DNA of 64,000 bases from Eledone cirrhosa (lineage: Eukaryota). The stretch is from positions 258,850,001 to 258,914,000 of the forward strand of contig OZ024743.1 in assembly GCA_964016885.1 (NCBI GenBank). The letters run 5' to 3'. Made by a program: the position numbers and the translations under genes. This document shows positions 23,478 to 36,145 of the stretch, in pieces. Below the pieces are notes generated by a model. It saw only the letters and a list, made by a program, of their open reading frames with translations. It ran no database searches and was not told the origin of the DNA. Position 1 is the stretch's first letter; each line of letters opens with the position of its first letter.

Positions 23478-24240
23478 CATCATCATCATCATCATCACCG
23501 TTTTACGTCTGTTCTTCCACGCTAGCATGGGTTAGACGGGTTGTCCTGTTGTGGGCAGTGTCTGGTCGGCTGACCATGCCTTGCTCATACAGGAACTGAT
23601 TTGGCTTGATTTCTACAGCTGGATGCCCTTCCTAACATCAACCTCATTTACAGTGAGTGCTGGGTGCTTTTTCGTGGCGCCTACACGTCCACTTTACAGT
23701 ATGGGCTGGGTGCTTTTTTGCCGTGGCACCTCCACGACCACCTTGCAGTGGGAGAGTGTGGGGGCATATTGTCTATATGCTTCAGCTTGTACCCATGGGA
23801 GGTCGGGTACTCTGTATTACTGCCTGACACCAGAGGTCACGGTCGTGTGTCATCGCCTTTGAGAGGTGTAATTGGGTAAGGTCGGCTTTTATCACCTCAT
23901 CCCAGTTCTTCTTGGGTCTCCCTACTCCGCGGTTTCCATTGACTTCTAGTGCTCTGCACCTTTTTATGCAGCTGTCATCCTTCATACGCATCACATGTCC
24001 ATACCAACGCAACCGCCTCTCCTGCACACAGCATTTGATTCCTCTTATGCTCAGTCTCTCTCTCAATTCATTTATGCTTTGTCGTTCGCGTATATTACTA
24101 TTACACATCCATCGGAGCATGCAGGCTTCGTTTCTCTCTAATCTACGTAAGTCTTCCACCTTCAGTGCCCAGGTCTCACTACCATGTAACATTGCTGTTC
24201 GGATAAACGCATCATACAGTCTGCTTTCATTTTGAGGGAG
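23478..24240 (-). mobile_element. 5'-truncated RTE-clade LINE, subfamily 2
   Basis: ORF 23782..24255 carries LHGSETW, RRLRWYGHV and GRPKK; (CAT)n tail at about 23478-23497. Confidence 0.9.
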
Positions 24241-24403
24241 AAGCTTGTAATTCATATTTAGATTGAGAGGGTTCTTTGGAGTACATGTGCTGTGCTTGTT
24301 AGTACTTTGTTTTGAATTATTCTTTTTCTGGTTTCAGTTATTAGACTGCAGGCATGTTGGGCACAACCATAAATCATTTATTATTGTTTTATTTTCTTCT
24401 CAG

Positions 24404-24469
24404 ACTCTGCAAAATTTTATGTATGACATGTTAAAAGACAGCAATGCACTAGCAGCTAAAAAGTCCTTG
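24404..24469 (+). CDS. SDAD1: SDA1 homolog exon 5 (TLQNFMYDMLKDSNALAAKKSL)
   Basis: Pyrimidine tract + CAG, GTATG donor, 66 nt, LQNFMY motif. Confidence 0.93.
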
Positions 24470-24662
24470 GTATGTTGTTAGACATTTCTTTCTATCTTTT
24501 AAATATTTTTGCAGCCTGTTTACTATGTGTAAAGTAATGATTTAATCCTTCTGATAACCAATCTACTCCAAACTGCCCCTGGTTCTATGAAAGGAAACCA
24601 CCCATTTTAAAAGGTGCTTATTTAAATTATTTGATATAGGAAGTATTTATGTTATAAATACT

Positions 24663-25416
24663 TACTGTATATATACTCGAATATAAGCTGACCCCTATTT
24701 TATGTCTGAGAAATGGGCAAAAGTCCAAACACATTGTTTAGATGGTGTGGCTTTGAAATTCTCATGAGTAAAAAATATATCTATGAAGTTTTAATATTTT
24801 GATATTTAAAATGTTTTAAGTGTTGTTTAGCATATAGTTTTTGTTTGACAACTCCATTACATAATAAGTTTCCATTATGTTAGTTTTCAACAAGTTTCTC
24901 GTATTTTTGTTTATTTCTGGCCACACTCATGCTAGGAGTAATTTGAAAGCAAAAGATCGAATAAGAAAACTTGTAATGTAATTCAGAGAGTAGAATAGGG
25001 AAGGAGGGACAGCAAGTGAGAGAGTTAGGAGAAGTAGAGTGAGAAAAAGAGAATGAGAAGGGAGAGAGCAATAAAATCAAATCAAATAGGATTGAAAGAA
25101 GAAATATTGTCAGAGAAAAACATGTATGTGTGTGTTTGCATGTGCGTGAGAGTATGTGTATGGGTTATTTATGTATTAAAAAGTTCAAATTATAAAAATT
25201 TGTTGGAAATATTTTCAAGGGAATGCATAAGTAACACCAACAGTGTAGTAAATGTAGAAAAACAGTGTTTCATTGTGAAATAATCACTCCAGATATTTTA
25301 GCACTTTGAAATTTGTGAAAATCGTCAAAATATTGATCCCGCATATAAGCCGACCCCCTATTTTACCATCAATTTTTTGGTCACATATTCCTTGGCCTAT
25401 ACTCGAGTATATGGTA
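24663..25416. mobile_element. Tc2-like non-autonomous DNA transposon
   Basis: Left end TACTGTATATATACTCGAATATAAGCTGACCCC and right end GGCCTATACTCGAGTATATGGTA are imperfect inverted repeats; internal TATAAGCCGACCCC subrepeat. Confidence 0.6.
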
Positions 25417-25620
25417 ATAATGAAATAATTGATAAACTTTAGTAAATCCTTCCAAATTTTTCATAAATTAATCGAAATACAGTGTATTGAAATGTTCTCA
25501 TTACACTGAGATGATATATTGGTCTACTAGACAAACATTGTATATGGATATATATAAAGCTAATATCTGATTGAATATGAGTATATACATATCAGAAAGT
25601 ATCTGATTGCTATTTCATAG

Positions 25621-25713
25621 GATGTTATGATCGAGTTGTATCGAAGAAACACATGGAAAGATGCTAAAACAGTGAACGTTATCAGTACAGCATGTTTCTC
25701 AAAAGTCACCAAG
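25621..25713 (+). CDS. SDAD1: SDA1 homolog exon 6 ([31 protein letters not shown])
   Basis: TTTCATAG acceptor, GTAATG donor, 93 nt; near-identical to the conserved SDAD1 segment. Confidence 0.95.
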
Positions 25714-26608
25714 GTAATGTATATATTAATTATTTTGTTGTAATCTTCAGGTGTAGAAATTTTTGCTGTTATTAAGCAGTTCTGGTCACTTTGTGTTGAA
25801 CAGATCTACTGCAGGCAAATGGTCAGATAACTGTGCATCATCCTCAAAACCACCACTGACTTAGACAGGTCATCACAGTCCGAGACTAGACAGACCAGAG
25901 ACTTACATCTTGCTCATTTATTCTATATTTTGGCATGGTTTCTACGGCTGGACGCCCTTCATTGCACTAAATCTTTTAAAAAGGTGTACAGGGTGCATTT
26001 TATTATGGCACCAGCATTACAACATGGCAGAGTGCACTGGATGTATTTATTGTGGCAAATGAGAAAGTTTGTTATATTATTATACTCTAAATTTTTGATT
26101 GTTTTTAAAATGATTTGAAAATGATAAATATTTCTGTTTGAAACTATTTTGAAACCAGACCCAATCACAGTCGGCATCAATACACTTTGGCACCTCATCT
26201 AATTGTTTTCCTTTTCACGAAAACATCTGCTTTTTATACAGTCATTTCATTTAACACACATACTGCAGTTATATGTAAAGAGGATACAAACTTTAATGTG
26301 CAATAATTTTTAGAGCCAAAAATGCTGTAGCGCTTTACTCCTTTTATATTTTCCCTATTTTGAATTGTTCCAGACGATAATTTTGTTAACTAATTGATTC
26401 ACAGCACATAAAACAGGAAAAATAGAAGACTATAGTCATGTAACATTGCCAGGCAAATTCTATAATTTAGATTCAATTAAATAAAAAAAATGATAAGTTA
26501 TTTCCCTTGGACAAGGGAAATAACTATTAAATTTATGAGAGCGTTCACTTTTTCCAGTGAAACATTCGCAATAACACGTTTTCTTTTATGTTTGCGACCC
26601 CAGTCTGC

Positions 26609-27370
26609 CACGAGGTGTGGCGGACTGGACTCTCAAAAAAGTTATTTCAAATCCAAACTACAAACAAAAAGTTTTCCACTTCTGCCTCGAATCTAACGCA
26701 CTTTCCCATCCGTCTCAGCCATGCCTCCATGCACTCCTGGAAGGATCCTCCCGGGATTCTCTGCAGCTCCGTCGTCACGGCCCTCTTGATGACTTCCGCC
26801 TCTTGAACTTAAGGAAAATGTCTGGTTCAGTTTCAAGATAATCAAGGATGTCCTGACACACCTGCATGTGCCACTCCTAGTCATCGTTTAGCAGCTTTGA
26901 CACCATCTTTGTGCAGGTCTTCTGCATGTCCAAATCTTTGGTTATAATCTTGAAAACGCTGTTATGATTCATGCCCAGCTCACTTGCAATCAGTTGAACA
27001 GTCAGCCAGTGACCGTTGTGCACCACCAGCCTTCTGCTTTTAGGATCATATCTCTGTCCTAGCATCCCACTTTGAACCTGTGAGTGCATCATTTCATCTC
27101 CGTATGCTTGCTGTACTATTTCAGGTGCTTCTGACGGAATTTTCCCCAGTTGGACTAGAAACTTTAGGTTGGTTCGTTGCTCTGTGCCCATCGCTTGATT
27201 GCATAAAATTGAGTAGCTGTTAACAAAAGCATATATAAAGACATACAATGCTTGCGCCGAGCTGCGATCGCAGTTATATACTCCCCAGATATTACATTAT
27301 ACAGTCATCTCGACTCCACTCATAACTTACACAGCACACTAACTCCTGTTACTTTTCTGACACACCTTTA
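26609..27370 (-). mobile_element. Internally deleted mariner element
   Basis: ORF 26877..27248 MGTEQRTNLKFLVQLGK..QQAYGDE is a mariner HTH. C-terminal remnant near 26690-26810; ends resemble (T)ACGAGGTGTG. Confidence 0.75.
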
Positions 27371-27439
27371 TATTTAAGTATAGCTCAAATAAGATTGTTG
27401 TGTTGATTATTTTTAAAGATTTATTTGTTTTATTTATAG

Positions 27440-27517
27440 ATAATGGTGACTTCCTTAAAGTTCTTTTTAAGCATTGACTCTACTCCTAATGATAGTGATA
27501 GCGAGAGTGAAGAAGAG
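27440..27517 (+). CDS. SDAD1: SDA1 homolog exon 7 (IMVTSLKFFLSIDSTPNDSDSESEEE)
   Basis: TATAG acceptor, GTCAGT donor, 78 nt; L.FFL and DSDSESE motifs. Confidence 0.9.
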
Positions 27518-29359
27518 GTCAGTTTGCTTTCTTATTCTCTTCAGTCTTAACAATTAGAATGTTATCCATCGTATCACAGCTCATTTGCCACTGTAGGTAA
27601 ATGAAAAAAAAATGTATTAATAAATGAAAATAACTGAATTTACTACTCACGTATTATAGATATATGTTAAATACATATTTGTAGATATACAGTACATGAT
27701 AAACCAATATTGCATGGAAGTGTCTATAAATATACATATTACTTAAAAGTATATATATGGGACAATTCCCGTCTAAACCCATGTTAGCGTGGAAGATAGA
27801 CGTTAAACGACGATAATGATGATGATGGATATAAATATTGAGTATGTAGGCATATAAACATGTCAAATATATCTATTTCGCTATAGATTGAAAAAAATGA
27901 ATTTAATGTATCCTACACAAATGAAACAAAATTGAGAAAAGGAAGATATATTTTCATACATGTTCATTATTCCTTTTGTGAAAAAGATGAAGAAAAGAGA
28001 AAAAACTAACTTTATACAAATGCTATAAGCGTTCACTGATGTCTCAATTTCTTGTTTGTGTGTGTATGCATTTGTGTGTATGCACATATATGTGTGTGTA
28101 TGCATGTGTTTGTGCCTGTATATGCAGGTAAACGCGAGTGTTCCTATCCTCTCGCTCTCTGCTATGTTGCTCAGTGCATGTACTCCCCTTTTAATCCATG
28201 TTAATTCTCCCTCTATCTCTTTTTTTTTTACTTTCTCCCATTCTCGCTACATGATGTAAAGCATGTTATCTGAAATCAGACCAACCAACTGGCCAATCAA
28301 CACATTGAGTATTATATTATAGAGATTGGGTGGAGTTGACTATTTTGATACAATCTACCCCTAAAACCACCTCTGGTTCTGTGAAATAAGACCATACATT
28401 TTCATGGGTTCCTATTTAATTAAAATCTTGCAACATAATTTTGCTAAGCTATATTACAAATTCCATCTTCATGAAATAATTACTAATTTTAGTAAATCCC
28501 ACCAGATTCTTCATTAATTAATTCAAATACAGTGTATTTCATCAGAAATATGGCCACAAACAACAAGCTTCTTAACCCTTTACTATTTACATTACTTAAT
28601 ATCGAATATATGAGATTTTGATGTTATTTATTTTGAGAACAATACCTCAGTGTAGGTATGAGTGGCCGGTTTGATCAGAAAAAGGTGAGAGAATTATGGC
28701 CGGTTTAAATGCTAAAGGATTAAGGCCATTATCCCAATCAAACAGGGTTGATTTTTCACTATCATCAGCATCTCTCCCCCTTCTTGTTTTTTTTTCATTT
28801 CCTCCATCATTTTACCCAAGTTTTTCTTGGTCTTCCTATTCCTCTACTTCCTTCCCATTTCTCTCACTCACTCACTTTCATCCTTCCTCAAGACATGACT
28901 AAACTGTCTCATTCAATTTCTCTTCACAACATTCATCATTGGTTCTATTCTCATCATCCTCTGTAATTCATTATTTGTCTTTCTTTCTCTCAATGACACT
29001 CCATTAATCCATCAGACCATATTTACAAAAGGGTTAAATAAATTTATTCACTGTCCAATGTTATTTCAATTGACAACTTTATAAACTGAAGGATTGATAA
29101 AAAACCTTCATCACTATTTAATGTTTATTTTCCATAGTTGCATACAACATCATTGGAATGATATCAAATAGAAATAAATTTGGTTTGCTTAGAACAACAC
29201 TGAATCTATAGAGCATGTTACATCCTTATATATCTTCATCATCATTCATATGTTTGTTTTTCCATGCTGGGTTGTACAGACCTAGTCAGTAATTCTGTGG
29301 AGCTATGGTTATTGTTCACATTACTGTCCTAATTAACTATTTAATGAGCATTGTTCATA

Positions 29360-30603
29360 TACAAGGTTTGTCCCAAAAGTAAGGTACTGATTTTCCTATG
29401 TACAGCATGGTAATGCAGCCCCCATTGATGTATATAGATGTGTTGGTTATGACCATGGCTGCATGTACATACTTGTTCCAACATGATCGATTGAGTCAGT
29501 CATGAGTTATTGCTGTTTATGTACAGATGTGTTTTTAACCTCTGTTACGTTTGTGATGAAACTCAACAAATTTACCACTGAAACATTTAATTCTTTAACA
29601 CAAGCTTATGGAGATGCCACTTATTTGAGGAGTAAGGGTTTTAAGTGACACAAAGCTTTAAAAAAAGGGCTTAGAAAATGTTGAAGAAGAACAAAATGTG
29701 GAAGTGGTGTGAGCATTGATGGCAACAGATCACCAATTAAGTGTTAGGATAATTGTTGAACAAACGAGCTTCGATAAAAATGCAGTTCACAGAATTTGAA
29801 CAAACCATTTTCACTTGCAAAAAGATAGTGATAATCTAGTACCCAAACACTTGTCTGTGGATCAAAAAACGAACTAGTTGGAAATTTGTCAGGATGTGCT
29901 TGTAAAACTCAAATTAAGCCAAATTTCTTGGATAAAGTAATAACAGGAAATGAATCATGGGCGTTCGAATGCGATCCAGAGACAAAACGGCAAAGTGGGG
30001 AGTGGCACACGAAAAATTCTCCTCGTCTGAAGAGAGCACACATGAGCAGATCCAGAGTGAAAATGATGATTATCATTTCAACAGCCATGGTATTGTTTGC
30101 AAAGAATCTTTTCGTCCAGAACAGGCAGTTAATCACACCTTCTACAAAGATGCCTTGGATCAACTTTGAAAACAGCAAGTCTGACAGGACATTGCAGGAG
30201 ATTGGGTACTGCACCATCATAACGCTCCTGCTTATGTAGCATTTTCAATTAGAGATTTTTTGACAAAGAAAAAAACTTTCCCACTCTTCCACATCTTCCC
30301 TACAGCCTAGATCTAGCTGTAGGGAGGATGTGGAAGAATGATTTCTACTTCTTCCCCAAGTTGAAATTGAAGTTGAAGGGTTATTTTGGGACTGTGGAAA
30401 ACAAACAAAAAATTGTAACCGACGAGATAAAGACACTCACAGAAAATGATTTCCTGTACTACTACAATCAATGGAAAAAACATTGGAATCACTGGGTGAC
30501 ATTCCAAGAGTCATATTTTGAAGGAGATAACTTGTAATTTTATGTATGTCTAATATACATTTAAAAAAACTCATCAGTACCCTTACTTTTGAGACAAACT
30601 TAC
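29360..30603 (+). mobile_element. Decayed full-length mariner (DD34D-type) element
   Basis: TIRs TACAAGGTTTGTCCCAAAAGTAAGGTACTGAT / ATCAGTACCCTTACTTTTGAGACAAACT. Motifs VITGNESW..CDPETKRQS.EW, LHHHNAPA, PYSLDLA, DFYFFPKLK; many frameshifts. Confidence 0.85.
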
Positions 30604-31614
30604 AAAGTCCCTATGTTCCTGTTTTATTTAAGCAGTTTTGTCACCATTAAATTAAAGTCCATCCAATATGATATCAGGATCCATTATAATTCCCTGTTCA
30701 TTGCACACATGATAAAATATCTTTTTGTTTTTAAAAAACATTTATGATAAAGATTAATTTATGTTCAGACATGCACAACTCAGAATTATGTAAGGAAAAC
30801 ACTTTATTGATAATGAATTCCAAAGGAGTTATAATGTTATGATATCTGACTGGTTTAAAATAATCAGACTTTGAACTATAATAATCTCAAGTAGGAATCT
30901 TCTGTTTATACTTGTCAACTAAGGCCTTTGCAAACACGAAAGCTGCATTTTAAATACAATTAAATATACTTATTTTTTGACTGCAGGTGGCCTAGTGGTT
31001 TTGATCACATTGCTTTAGTTTAAGAAATCATCATCATCATAATTATTTAATACTAGCTAGCCCTGTGTCGTCAAAAATGAAGGCAAATTGTAGTATCTAT
31101 ATATAATATAAAAAAGAGATGTTTGTTGGTTGGATCGTTGGTTCCTTTGCACTCACTCACTCACACAAGTGATACAAACACACACCCAATGTGTGTAGCC
31201 AATTCGCTACCCATATAACTCATACATAGATGTGTGTGTATGTAATAATTATTATGCTAGCGTGGAAGATGGACGTTAAACGAAGATGATGATGATGTGT
31301 AGATGCATATGTCTGTAATTCTATTGTCTATGTATCTTTCTAAATAAACTCACATAAACACATACACACTCACACAAATATTATATATAAATATAATTTA
31401 CACACACACATATACACACACAAACATTCACATAATCATAACAGCCAATGTGTGTAGCCAATTCGCTATACATATTATTATACACACAGGTGTAGAGAAT
31501 GTTAGACGATGCTTTCTGTAGTTTGTCATCACTCCTTCCTTCCTCAGTCATCTTTAGTGTGTGACAGACAAATACACATTGACTATTATTATAGTTGATG
31601 ATAATGATGATTAT

Positions 31615-32120
31615 CTTCCTGTTCCGCAGTGGCAAACTCCACGTCTGGGATGCCACTTGCAGCGGCACTTTCTCCAGCCGCAACCTGGTGTAGTCTGCGA
31701 CTAACCCAGGTTCTGCTGCACTTCGGGCTGTGGAGAGCAAACTCTCCAAGTACCGGTTGCTCTCCGACAGGTTTGCGGTCGTGCCCTTGACAGTGGAGAC
31801 TACTGGTGTCCTTGCCCCTAGGGCTACCTCCCTTTTCACCACCATAGGCGCTGAGCTGGCCAGCCGCAGGTGTGAGCCCCACGAGATGGACTGGCTCTTC
31901 CAGCACATCTCCCTTACCGTCCTCCGGGGAAACGCCTTCTCCAATCTGTCCGCTGGGGCTGTGGGGCAGCCAGCGTGTGGAACCCCATTTGCTCACAATA
32001 CAGAAAGATGGAGGCAATGACGGTGGGAGCTCGGCTCTTCCGTTTTCGGACACATCGCACCTGACAAACTTAGATGTATTAGAATATATTATGTAAGCAG
32101 CTTTGTAAACCGTAAACAAA
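31615..32120 (+). mobile_element. 3' fragment of a CRE-like non-LTR element (restriction-like endonuclease domain)
   Basis: Plus frame reads VWDATCSGT...ESKLSKY...VPLTVETTG...LFQHISLTVLRGNA. Locally GC-rich; one internal stop. Confidence 0.7.
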
Positions 32121-32519
32121 ACTTGCTCTGAAAATCTAAGCCAGATACACCTAAACTTGGCCTTAGATACCCCTAAACTTGGCCTTAGATACCATCCTTT
32201 TTACCATTAAATAAATGTTGAACCACTCCCTTATTTTCTATTTAACTTGGTTTTTATATTACTATATACTACTTGTTTTGCACTTGTTGGCATTTACCCA
32301 TGATGGGTTTAGTCAGCTTGAACCAGTCAGTCCGGAGCATCATTAACAGAGATCGCTCATGCACAGCAATCATGGATGTCTGATGATGACACTACTAGCC
32401 GGTCATGATTCTAGTGGTGGACACCATATATACTGGCTTCAGCCAGTTCATTAACAGAGCATCATGAACATGGTGAGTGTAGACATCCAATGGTGCTATT
32501 GTCAGTCATGATTCCAACA

Positions 32520-32750
32520 ATGGTCACTATATATGCTGGCTTTAACCAGTGTCTTAACAGTGGACACTATATATATTGGCTTTAACCAGTGTCTTAACAG
32601 TGGACACCATATATATTGGCTTTAACCAGTGTCTTAACAGTGGACACCATATATGCTGGCTTTAACCAGTGTCTTAATAGTAGTCACTATATATGCTGGC
32701 TTTAACTAATGTCTTTACAGTGGGCACTATATGCTGGCTTTAACCAGTGA
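32520..32750. repeat. 40-bp minisatellite (about 6 units)
   Basis: Unit GTGGACACCATATATGCTGGCTTTAACCAGTGTCTTAACA. Confidence 0.9.
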
Positions 32751-32963
32751 ATCCACAACATCACATACAGAGGCTACCTAAGCTTGGTGATCACAGACAT
32801 CTGATGCAGATATTGTCAACCAGTGTCATGATTCTTATGACAGACACCATATATGCGAAGACCATACATATATTAACTTACAATCTAACATGATGTTACC
32901 AATTGTCATATACTACACCACTTACTATTATCCAATTTTATATCTTTTTTCTTGTTTTTCTAG

Positions 32964-33071
32964 AGTGCAGTCAGTAAGAAAAGCACATCTGATCTACTGT
33001 TGGGAAACAGAGTCACTAAAAAAACAAAAAAGCGCAGGAAAAGGTTAAACAGAGCTCTTGAAGTTTTGAAG
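32964..33071 (+). CDS. SDAD1: SDA1 homolog exon 8 (SAVSKKSTSDLLLGNRVTKKTKKRRKRLNRALEVLK)
   Basis: Long pyrimidine tract + TAG, GTAAG donor, 108 nt; basic segment ending A..VLK. Confidence 0.88.
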
Positions 33072-33882
33072 GTAAGAATGCCAGAATTAAACTTATTTCT
33101 ACTGCAGGTTGACTTTAAGATGAGGACAGGCACCTTTAAGATAAAATGAGTCCAGCTTACAGAACTCATATCCTGCTGAAGTTGATAAGATTAGTGGATT
33201 GTTGGAAATGTTAGTATTGTAAGTGATGCTTTATGGTAGTTCTGTGTGTTTGCAGTGTAAATCCTACCTCCATCTGCCAGGAGTTACAACTGGCAGATAG
33301 GTTCAGCAATGGAAAGACCAATTGGAAACAGTTTACTTGGTCTGATCTGATGATCAGTTCTTTTTATCAGTTAATGTCTAAATACATCATGGATACAGCA
33401 TGGTTGAATGGTTAAGAAGTTTGCTTCACAATCATAAGGTTCTGGGTTTGATCCCACTGTTTGGCATCTTGGGCAAGTGTAATTTAACATAGTCTTGTAT
33501 TGACTCAAGCCTTGTGAGTGAAGAAAGCCTATCAAATGGCCAGTACTTGTGAGAATTACAGGTACAATCTACCTGACAGGCTTCCAGACAGTTTCTGTCT
33601 ACTCAGATAAGATCAAACCTGGAATCTCGTGAGAATAAGATCATAGATTTGATTTCTGGACCAGCTGGTGCATTTTCTTGAGCAAGACAACTTCATTTCA
33701 TGTTGCCTTTAAATGATAAAACTGGGCTTCCTATCATTAAAACAACTGAGAAACATTCTATGAGATGCATAATTGTGAGCTGTAAATTCCATTTCAATTT
33801 TTTTGTCTGCGTCAATCAGATACATTTCCACACAAAAACACCCCATCCTCAATGATGTTTCAATACTATTCCTGTCTTTCAG

Positions 33883-33952
33883 AAACACAAGAAGAAGAAA
33901 AGGCCTACTGGTATCAACTTCTCAACTCTTCATTTGCTTCATGATCCACAAG
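33883..33952 (+). CDS. SDAD1: SDA1 homolog exon 9 (KHKKKKRPTGINFSTLHLLHDPQ)
   Basis: TTTCAG acceptor, GTAAAC donor, 70 nt ending in phase 1; NFS..HL.HDPQ motif. Confidence 0.93.
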
Positions 33953-33974
33953 GTAAACAGTTTACATATGTATG

Positions 33975-34539
33975 TCTGTGGGTAGTGCGGGGGCTGTTCT
34001 CACACAAACATTTCTCAGATTATTGTTACTAGATGCAATTGACATCAACTTCTCCTTTCAGTCACACACTCTCTCTACACACAAATGCATTCCTTTTCTA
34101 TATCGATGTACATCTCTTTTGCTTGGAGCTCCTTTTTTCTGTCCACACACACACACATACTCTCTTTCTAAACAAATGTGTTCCTTTTCTCTATCTATAT
34201 ATCTCTTTCGCTTGGCGCTCGCTCCCCCTCTGTCTATGTAGATGAGGGCGACATCTTATCTCTCTTTCTGACACACACACACTCTCTCTCTAAACATGGC
34301 TTTCCTTTTCTCTTTCTATTTATGTACATAACTCTTGCTTGGTGCTCCTCCTCTCTCTATAGAGATGAGGGCGACGTCATAACTTTCTCTTCTATCTACC
34401 TCCTGTCACCTCGAAAACACATGGCCTTCCCTTTTCTCTCTCTATCTATGTACATATCTTTCGTTTAATACTCTCCCTCTCTATATAATGTGAGTGTGAC
34501 GGACAGACAGACAGACAGCGCTCTTATTATAATATAGAT
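33975..34539 (-). mobile_element. Helitron-like fragment with CT-rich subrepeats
   Basis: Ends (GACA)n-GCGCTCTTATTATAATATAGAT; internal GATGAGGGCGAC repeats about 120 bp apart. Confidence 0.5.
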
Positions 34540-35350
34540 TGTTAGGAGGGTGGTGGATTGACAGATTTCCTAGAGTTTGACAAAATGCTTAACGGCTCTC
34601 TACTTTCTTAGGCCATGATCAACCCTGCCATTCATCCTTCCGGGATTGAGAAAATAATTTACCAGGGTTGATATAATTGACTGTCTTTTTTTTTCTCAAA
34701 AATGACTGACTTTGTGCTTAAATTAGAAACTATTATTTTTTAATGTATTAATTGTTTTATTCCCAATTATCTTTAGTTGCTATATTTGCATACACATACA
34801 TACACACACACACACACATACATATTTTACAGAGTTGGTGTTAGGAATGGTATCTAGCCATAGAAACACAATAACAGAGGCGAGAAAAGAAGTGCACTTC
34901 TCTTCTTGAGAGTGTACTGGGTACAGTTTATTGTGGTACTAGCACTACCATTTCACAGAGTGTACTGGGTGCATTTTATAATGGCAGCAACATTACCACT
35001 TTACAGTATATATTGGTGGCATTTTATCATGTTATCAGCACTACCACTTTACAGAGTGTATTAAGCACAGTGTATTGAGGCACCGACACTACTCCTTTAC
35101 AGAGCGAACAGAGTGTATTACACTAATACCATCACTTTACAGAAGGTACTTAGTATATTTTCTCGTGGTACCAGCACTAACGGTGCGACAAATATTTGAG
35201 AAAAATTAGCGTTGACATTTAAGAAGGGATACATAAAATATTCCAGAGGACGGGGGTCAACTTTTAATTGAGTATCTACAGTATATATAATTAGATATAT
35301 ATAGTAGTGACTTTTGTTGATTTCTCTCTGTTGTGTTTGTTTTGTGGCAG

Positions 35351-35512
35351 ATTTTGCTGATCGTTTGTTCAAACAGTTGCAGTCCAGTAGCGAGTATTAT
35401 GATGTTAAAATCCTAACAATGGACCTCATCTCAAGACTCATTGGAGTTCATAAACTTTTTTTGTTGAATTTTTATCCTTTTATCCAAAAATTCCTGCAAC
35501 CCCGACAAAAAG
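35351..35512 (+). CDS. SDAD1: SDA1 homolog exon 10 (DFADRLFKQL...LNFYPFIQKFLQPRQK)
   Basis: GGCAG acceptor, GTTTG donor, phase 1-1; LISRLIGVH and NFYPF motifs. Confidence 0.94.
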
Positions 35513-36086
35513 GTTTGTTTTATCTGTGTCTTAATTCATCATCATTATCACATGTCTGTTTTCCATTCTGGGTTGGGTTGGATGGGCTGAGGAACCAACT
35601 CTTATTCATCTGTTGGCATGGTTTCTCTAGCTGGATGCTTTTCTGAATACCAACCACTTTACATAGTGTATTGGGTGCATTTTATTGTGGCACCAGCACT
35701 AGGGAGTTTATCATAAACTTGATACAACAGAAGAGTCCCCTGAACTATTTGTTTGGCATGGATTCTATGAGTGGCTGCCCTTCTTAACAGCATCCACTTT
35801 ACAGTGTGTACTGGGTGTATGTTATCGTGGCACCAGCACTTGGGGAGGTTGTCATATCCTTGATACAACTAAAGAGTTCTCTCAATTCTTTGTTTGGCAT
35901 GGGTTCTAGAGCTTTTATTATTTGTGGCTGTGGTCGCTAGGTTAAAGTGCTAGACTTACTGACCTTATTATTGTGTTAGAGAATAACTAACCAATAAATA
36001 CATAGACAAAGAAGTAGGAGAAGAAATAAACATTTTATGTCTATAATTCTTGGTTTTGTTTCCATATATTTTTTAAATTTTATTAG

Positions 36087-36145
36087 ATGTGACTAAGATT
36101 TTGCTGTTTGCTGCCCAGGCTAGCCATGATCTTATTCCTCCAGAT
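36087..36145 (+). CDS. SDAD1: SDA1 homolog exon 11 (DVTKILLFAAQASHDLIPPD)
   Basis: TATTAG acceptor, GTAAGT donor, phase 1-0; VTKILLFAAQASH motif. Confidence 0.95.

Noticed and set aside
31381-32119. Long minus-strand ORFs of 187 and 176 aa
   Set aside because: Antisense shadows of the GC-rich CRE-like fragment, whose motifs read on the + strand.
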